A stretch of 64,000 bases of DNA. Origin: Fidelibacterota bacterium. Lineage in GTDB: Bacteria; Fidelibacterota; UBA2242. How positions within the stretch are numbered: the first letter of the stretch is position 1; the number at the start of each line of letters is the position of its first letter. A program made the translations under genes and the position numbers. The stretch covers positions 590 through 64,589 of the forward strand of contig DSAS01000047.1 of the NCBI GenBank assembly GCA_011046365.1, read 5' to 3'. This document shows, piece after piece, positions 58,330 to 64,000 of the stretch. The notes beneath the pieces were generated by a model, which was given only the letters and a program-made list of their open reading frames with translations, was not told where the DNA came from and searched no databases.

Positions 58330-58944
58330 TTAGGCTCCTTCTGTTAAAATTTCCACGGGACAGCTGCAGAGCTCTTTGAACAGCCGGGCGTCTTCACTGG
58401 AGCCGACAATGCTGTTGTAGTGAATGGGCACTGCAATTTTGGGTTGAATTTTTTCCGCGGCTTCGGCGGCTTCCCGGGGATTCATGGTGTAAGTGCCGCC
58501 CACCGGCAGAAAAGCGACATCAACCTTGAGGTTTTTCATATCAGGAATGATGTCGGTATCGCCGGCGTGATAGTAGCGGGTGTTGTCAATGGTTACAATA
58601 TAACCGACATTGTGAGCGCTTTTGGGGTGGAACTGCTTGTCCGTATTGTAAGCGGGAACGGCTTCAACAGTGATATCCGCGATGCGGATGGTTTCGCCGA
58701 TTTTGATGTGGCGCAGATTGCCCGGCAGCGATTTTTTTACCGACTCTGGAATGACGATGACGGTGTCGGCAGTGCGAATTTTTTTAATATCGGGTTCCGA
58801 GAGATGATCGTAATGATCATGGGTGATCAGAATGATGTCGGCTTTTGGCGGAGTTCCCTTCAACTGATAGGGATCAATGTAAATAATTTTCGGCGCGGTG
58901 AACATCACCGTGGCGTGCCCTAGCCATTTGATTTTGGATAACAT
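58330..58944 (-). CDS. MBL-fold metallo-hydrolase (UPF0173-like)
   Basis: ILITHDHYDH metallo-beta-lactamase motif, 204 aa. Confidence 0.8.
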   Translation of the reverse strand: MLSKIKWLGHATVMFTAPKIIYIDPYQLKGTPPKADIILITHDHYDHLSEPDIKKIRTADTVIVIPESVKKSLPGNLRHIKIGETIRIADITVEAVPAYNTDKQFHPKSAHNVGYIVTIDNTRYYHAGDTDIIPDMKNLKVDVAFLPVGGTYTMNPREAAEAAEKIQPKIAVPIHYNSIVGSSEDARLFKELCSCPVEILTEGA

Positions 58945-59100
58945 ATTTACCTCCTATCGTTATTCATACTGCCATTATTTACAAAAAAAAGCCTGCTTTA
59001 TCAAGAGTGTTTCTGTTTTAAATTGATTTTGGAACCCTTAACTTTGGGCGGTGTTTCTGATTTCGTTCAATAAATAAATAGATTAATCCGGGATAAATTT

Positions 59101-59646
59101 ATGCGACATTCCAATGCAAAAGATTTTTTAATGGTGCTGACCATTCAACGAAATTTAAGAATAATTGTTGTGGTGGTCTTACTGAATCTGATGATTTTTA
59201 TTCTGGGACGGCTGTATATTGATCCCTTTCTGTCCTGCCGCCCCTGCGTGGTCTGCGGACGTCCGGATACTCAACCGGTTGCCACCCTCTGGCAGTATGA
59301 GGTCAAAGTGATTCCCTACTGTAAAGATGTGAAATTGTGGTACTGCGACAGACATATCCGCAACGCTCCCGATATTGTCAAGGAGATTCCTTCGGGAAAA
59401 GACACGATCAGGAAGCGCTATATACAGGCTGTGATCGGAAGTGTGCTCTTGATGGCGACGCTTTTTTATGCGCTGGTACTGATGCGTTTCAATCTGCTTT
59501 ACTTTTTCAGCAGCACCTTGATTATCGGGGCAGCCTTTCTGTTTGGCAAAATCACCTCCTCTTTGAGCCTGACGATTCTGTTTGGGTCTATTATCGCACT
59601 GCCCGGCTTGTTCTTTTATGTCTGGAATAAGCGGGGAAAAATCTGA
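59101..59646 (+). CDS. Hypothetical membrane protein with Cys-rich (CxxC...C...C) loop
   Basis: Two TM regions flank SCRPCVVCGRPD...YCKDVKLWYCDRH. No recognisable family. Confidence 0.45.
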   Translation: MRHSNAKDFLMVLTIQRNLRIIVVVVLLNLMIFILGRLYIDPFLSCRPCVVCGRPDTQPVATLWQYEVKVIPYCKDVKLWYCDRHIRNAPDIVKEIPSGKDTIRKRYIQAVIGSVLLMATLFYALVLMRFNLLYFFSSTLIIGAAFLFGKITSSLSLTILFGSIIALPGLFFYVWNKRGKI

Positions 59647-59712
59647 ACAGGTCGGTGGAGAGGGATTTAAATATATGGGATTAGTCGGTTAGCAGTGGAA
59701 GGATAAGCAGAG

Positions 59713-60831
59713 ATGAACAGATACAGGATTGCAATAATTGGTGCCGGTTCGGTGGGGCTGGCGATCGCCCGGCGATTGTCTGCAACAGAAAAAGCGATTA
59801 TTCTGCTGGAACGGCATGCGACTTTTGGACAGGACGCCTCGACACGCAACAGTGAGGTAATCCACGGCGGGATGTACTATCCCACCGATAGCCTGAAAGC
59901 GCGCCTCTGTGTGGCGGGCAACCGGTCGCTCTATGAGCTCTGCGACAGGTATGATGTTCCCCACCGCAAAACCGGAAAATTGATTATCGCCAACAGCTCT
60001 GCCGAACGGAATGAAATCGAAGACATTTACCGGCAGGGTGAGATCAATGGCGTGCCGAATCTGCGTCTGATTGACGTGTTGGAAATCCGGCGGCTGGAAC
60101 CGCAGGTGCGGGCGCGCTGGGCGCTTCTCAGCCCGGAATCGGGAATTATGGATGCGGTAGCGCTAATGCGCTTTTTTGAGCAGGAAGCCATTGCAAACGG
60201 CGTTTCGGTGCGCTATAACCGTGAAGTGATTGGTCTGGAAAAGAGGGCCGGACTTTTTCGAATCACGATCCGGCGCTCAGACGGGGAGATAGAAGAAATC
60301 TTAGCCGAAGCAGTAATCAACGCCGCCGGTCTGTTTGCAGATAATGTGGCTGCCATGGCGGGTATTGATATTGTCAAAAACGGCTATAAAATTCACTGGG
60401 TCAAAGGCGAGTATTTCGATGTTGACCGGCGTCATAGCGGGAAAATGAGTCACCTGATCTATCCGACTCCCACACCGGTGAGTCTGGGAATTCACGTCCG
60501 CTTGCGGCTGGATGGTTCCTTTGCCCTGGGACCCAATGCAATTTATGTGGATGCGATCAATTACGACGTGGACCCAAAGCATCTGGATGATTTTTATCAT
60601 GGCGCCAAAAGGTACCTGCCCTTTCTAAGCAAGACAGACCTGACTCCGGGCATTACCGGTATCCGGGCGAAATTGCAAACCCAGGGTGAGCCGGTCAGGG
60701 ATTTTGTTATCCGCCACGAAGCGGATAAAGGTCTGCCGGGATTAATTAACCTGATCGGAATTGATTCGCCCGCCCTGACCGCCTGTCCGGCGATAGCCGA
60801 GGAGGTCGCCGGCATATATCTGAATTTGTAA
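59713..60831 (+). CDS. FAD-dependent oxidoreductase (L-2-hydroxyglutarate oxidase LhgO-like)
   Basis: IAIIGAGSVGLAIARRL dinucleotide-binding motif, GG.YYP, 372 aa. Confidence 0.75.
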   Translation: MNRYRIAIIGAGSVGLAIARRLSATEKAIILLERHATFGQDASTRNSEVIHGGMYYPTDSLKARLCVAGNRSLYELCDRYDVPHRKTGKLIIANSSAERNEIEDIYRQGEINGVPNLRLIDVLEIRRLEPQVRARWALLSPESGIMDAVALMRFFEQEAIANGVSVRYNREVIGLEKRAGLFRITIRRSDGEIEEILAEAVINAAGLFADNVAAMAGIDIVKNGYKIHWVKGEYFDVDRRHSGKMSHLIYPTPTPVSLGIHVRLRLDGSFALGPNAIYVDAINYDVDPKHLDDFYHGAKRYLPFLSKTDLTPGITGIRAKLQTQGEPVRDFVIRHEADKGLPGLINLIGIDSPALTACPAIAEEVAGIYLNL

Positions 60832-60861
60832 AGCGGTTGGCTGTTTATTCGAGAGGCGTGC

Positions 60862-63138
60862 CTACTTTTTGAAACGCTTGCGCAGTACGTCAATTGAGGA
60901 TAACAATACCGGACCGACAAACAGATCACCTAGCAGCGCAGTGAAGATGGCGATGCTGGCGAGAATCCCAAAGTCCATCAGAATTCTGGTATCTGAAAGA
61001 ATAAAGATTAAAAATCCCGTCATTAGGATAAGCGAGGCAAAGATGAGTGCCCGCCCGACGCCGGTCAGGGCGGCGCGCATGGCGCGGTGGATGTCGCCGG
61101 TTTTCCGGTATTCATATTTAAAATGGGTGAAAAAGTGAATGGTATCGTCAACGACGATGCCGATGGCGACCGATGCAATAATCGCCGTCGCCATGTTCAG
61201 CCGGAAACCAGCCCACCCCATTAATCCCAGAATAAAGACAACCGGAAAGACATTTGGCAACAGGCTGAGCAATCCCAGCCGCAGTCCGAATATGATCAGC
61301 ATCAGCAGCAAAATGATCGCAGAGGCGGTTCGCAGACTCGTGATTTGGGTAGCGATAATGCGCCGGGTCAGCTGATTTACCAGATAATCGAAACCGGTCT
61401 TGCGGACCCGATATTCAGTAAAATGATTGTCTGAAAAATCATCAATCAGGGCAAACAGCCGGTTACTTTCCTGATCATTCATCTGTTTGGTGATGATAGA
61501 AATGCGCGCCATACTGTAGTCATTGCTGATGTACTTTTCGATTTCGGTGCCGCCGGAAATTTCGTACATGAGCAGACATTGAGCGACGGCGTCCCGGGTT
61601 TCCGGAATACGGTAATAAGCATCCTCGTCACTGTTCAGGGCGCGATAGATCATTTTTAGGTAATCTGTGACAGAATAGGAAACCGAGACCCGCGGATGGG
61701 CAGCAATTTCCTGCTGGAATGCCTCAATTTCGGTCAGCAGGTCGGGATTCTTAAAGCAGTCCGGGATTCCTTCGATGATGATCTCGGTGCTGGAGACTCC
61801 GGACAGATGCCGGTCAAGGAATTGGGTGTCCTGATAGAGACGGGTGCCGGTTTTCAGGTATTCGATAATCGAACCTTCGATACGGATGCGGGGAATGCCC
61901 AGCGCCATTACGATGACTATGATGCCGAAAATTGCGCTGACCCACAGAGGATACCTTTCGTTCAGATCGGCGATTTTATTGAGCAGTGTGTGAGTAAGGT
62001 TGCTCTGCTTCGTGACGGAATCCGGTTTGGGCGGCGGGAACCGGAGCAATCCGGCGGGAATCAGGATAATGGACAGCAGGTAGGAACTCATGATACCGAT
62101 GGCGGCAAAGATGCCCAGATCGGCAATGCCCGGAATAGAGCTGGTGACCAGTGAGCCGAAGCCGATTGCCGTGGTCAATGAGGTAAAAAAACAGGGCGTC
62201 CCGGCTTTCGTGAGACCTGCCAGAACGGCTGCTTTGCGATCCGGACGCTGCGCATATTCCAACCGGAATTGGCTGATCAGATGCACTGAATTCGCTATAC
62301 CGATGATGGTTATCAGTGCAAAAAGGGTTGTAGATACGGGCGTGATCGGCGATTCACAATAGCCCTTTAGCCCGATTACCCAGACCAGTGCCAGAAAAAC
62401 CGTTAGCAAGGGAGACAGGATAGCAAAAATATTGCGGAATATCAGCCATAAAAAGACCGCCGAGATTACCATTGATAAAGGAAAAAAGAGCCGGATATCG
62501 CGCTCCATCATTATCTCAATTGCTGCATTATTGATCAGTTCGCCACCCAGATGAAACTGTCGTCCGGTTCGCGCCGTTTCGGCAAGGAGCAAATTGCGGA
62601 GATTTGTATCCACTTCCTGGTTAAATTCGCTGAGACTTCTGGTGTCATCATCATTTTGCTCCAGGATCAACATGATTGCCACGCTGTGAAAATCCCGTGA
62701 AATCAGATTTCCGTAGACAAAGGGATGCCGCCGGATATTACTTATCACTTCAGTAACAGGGAGGTCATCATCAAACAGGGCACCGATCTCCAGCCCGTAA
62801 TCGGTTCCGCTGATGTTTTCTACGGTGGTCAGGCTGAGGGCATCCCGGATATGGGGTAGCTTTGCCAGCGAGTCGGTCAAAAGCGACAGATAGCTCAGCT
62901 CGGACCCGGAGAACGGTGGGTTCCACTCGTAAGCTACCATCAGGAATTGACTTTCGTTGAAAGTGTCCTGGAAATCGCGATATTCGATCAGGACGGAGTC
63001 ATTATCGTTAAACCAGGTGGAGACATCTTCGCTCATTTCCGTTCCGGGAATGTAACGGAGAAAAAAGGCGCCAGTCAGTCCGGCGATCAGCAGCAGCGGC
63101 AGCTGGAAGCGAAGGATGAAATTAGCGACTATACGCAC
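60862..63138 (-). CDS. MMPL/RND-superfamily transporter (two sterol-sensing-like TM bundles)
   Basis: 758 aa with two 6-TM bundles separated by large periplasmic loops, the usual MMPL/HpnN-like layout. Confidence 0.8.
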   Translation of the reverse strand: MRIVANFILRFQLPLLLIAGLTGAFFLRYIPGTEMSEDVSTWFNDNDSVLIEYRDFQDTFNESQFLMVAYEWNPPFSGSELSYLSLLTDSLAKLPHIRDALSLTTVENISGTDYGLEIGALFDDDLPVTEVISNIRRHPFVYGNLISRDFHSVAIMLILEQNDDDTRSLSEFNQEVDTNLRNLLLAETARTGRQFHLGGELINNAAIEIMMERDIRLFFPLSMVISAVFLWLIFRNIFAILSPLLTVFLALVWVIGLKGYCESPITPVSTTLFALITIIGIANSVHLISQFRLEYAQRPDRKAAVLAGLTKAGTPCFFTSLTTAIGFGSLVTSSIPGIADLGIFAAIGIMSSYLLSIILIPAGLLRFPPPKPDSVTKQSNLTHTLLNKIADLNERYPLWVSAIFGIIVIVMALGIPRIRIEGSIIEYLKTGTRLYQDTQFLDRHLSGVSSTEIIIEGIPDCFKNPDLLTEIEAFQQEIAAHPRVSVSYSVTDYLKMIYRALNSDEDAYYRIPETRDAVAQCLLMYEISGGTEIEKYISNDYSMARISIITKQMNDQESNRLFALIDDFSDNHFTEYRVRKTGFDYLVNQLTRRIIATQITSLRTASAIILLLMLIIFGLRLGLLSLLPNVFPVVFILGLMGWAGFRLNMATAIIASVAIGIVVDDTIHFFTHFKYEYRKTGDIHRAMRAALTGVGRALIFASLILMTGFLIFILSDTRILMDFGILASIAIFTALLGDLFVGPVLLSSIDVLRKRFKK

Positions 63139-63225
63139 TTTTAAACGATTCTATTTTAATGGAAAGGGTGCTGGAAACAGTACCAGCTCCGGACAAAAAC
63201 GCTAACTTGGATATCGTTATTGTAA

Positions 63226-64000
63226 TTAATCGGACGATTCGGTGGTAACGACATATGAAAGTGTGATATTGAATACAAACGGAGAGGATTCGCCGCCTAC
63301 GATCAGGCAGTTTTCACCGGCGTGTAAAAGGGATTTATAACGAGATGTTTTTCTCCCGATCTGCTCATCATTCTCAATGGTTCCGAGACGGCTCCCGGTA
63401 TCCAATATGTAGTATTCACCGTTGTAATTGTTGATCAGCAGATGATGTTTTGAGACAGTATAGGGCTCAGAATCCTGAATCAGCAGTCCGTTGTCCGACA
63501 GTGAATTTGCCTGATCAGCAACGCTGCGACCGATTTTAAAAGGGAAATTTTTAATCACAAAATCGGTATTATTCAGGAGCACCCGGGTCTTTTCGGTGAC
63601 CCCCGCAATGGTCAGCATTCCGGGTAAATTTTCCTGACAATTGTCTGTTTTTTGAGGGGCATCCGCTGAAGTGCCGGGAGTTTTCGATCCGAAATCCCGG
63701 TTCCAGCGGGAGCACAGGCTGTGAGCCATCTGGTAGATTTCCTCTTTACATGAGGGCTTGCTGAGATAGAAAACGTCGTGTTCCAGGGCGTCCTGAATTT
63801 GAGCGATGGAGTGGTCATGATAACCGGTAATAATGACGATGAAGATCCGATCATCCAGTGTTCGGATCTCCCGGGCAGTTCGCAATCCATCCCAACCCGG
63901 ACGCATGCGCATGTCAATAAAAGCAACCGCAAAGGGCTGGTTCAACATCAGCTGGCGCTTGACGATTTCATAGCCAGCCTGTCCATGCCCGGCGGTGTGA
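63226..64000 (-). CDS. Response regulator with receiver domain fused to C-terminal FHA domain; gene continues past the window end
   Basis: The frame is open to the window edge: ...TAGHGQAGYEIVKRQLMLNQPFAVAFIDMRMRPGWDGLRTAREIR...YLSKP (REC beta3-alpha5). This is followed by an FHA-like region (FKIGRS...SKHHLLINNYNGEYYILDTGSRLGTIEN). Confidence 0.7.
   Translation of the reverse strand, partial: HTAGHGQAGYEIVKRQLMLNQPFAVAFIDMRMRPGWDGLRTAREIRTLDDRIFIVIITGYHDHSIAQIQDALEHDVFYLSKPSCKEEIYQMAHSLCSRWNRDFGSKTPGTSADAPQKTDNCQENLPGMLTIAGVTEKTRVLLNNTDFVIKNFPFKIGRSVADQANSLSDNGLLIQDSEPYTVSKHHLLINNYNGEYYILDTGSRLGTIENDEQIGRKTSRYKSLLHAGENCLIVGGESSPFVFNITLSYVVTTESSD

Noticed and set aside
1-64000. CRISPR arrays, transposases, integrases, phage genes, toxin-antitoxin pairs
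   Set aside because: No direct-repeat/spacer periodicity, no DDE, tyrosine or serine recombinase motifs, and no phage structural genes were seen. The window appears to be core chromosome.

Overview
This 64 kb window is a chromosomal segment of a Gram-negative bacterium, probably from the FCB group, because one secreted protein ends in a type-IX-secretion C-terminal sorting domain. Almost all genes are housekeeping or envelope functions, and I found no transposases, integrases, CRISPR arrays or obvious mobile DNA. Gene order runs from a partial M24 peptidase and uvrA through gpmI, a peroxiredoxin, a secreted esterase, a TolB-like propeller and a T9SS-targeted peptidoglycan amidase. After an OPT transporter and a lipoprotein comes a coupled priA / MA-type peptidase / outer-membrane barrel / CxxCH-lipoprotein operon. 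A ~12 kb co-directional block on the minus strand follows, from purA to rplI, containing the ispD, ispF and ispE genes of the MEP pathway and a tRNA-Gln. After secDF comes a cell-wall module (Csd4/Pgp1-like carboxypeptidase plus L,D-transpeptidase), then an ~8 kb polysaccharide-biosynthesis cluster. The window ends with a GH20 hexosaminidase, PepC, PBP1A, PNP, NamZ, a CysQ-like gene, an MMPL transporter and a partial REC-FHA response regulator. The most notable find is that the peroxiredoxin is one gene whose catalytic cysteine codon is an in-frame TGA followed by a SECIS hairpin, i.e. a selenoprotein. Two genes (prs and the CysQ-like gene) appear to start at ATT with identical Shine-Dalgarno spacing. 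A methyltransferase in the polysaccharide cluster carries an in-frame TAG. Findings also cover the peptidoglycan-turnover theme and three small membrane-protein ORFs in the otherwise ORF-poor 12.6-13.8 kb interval.
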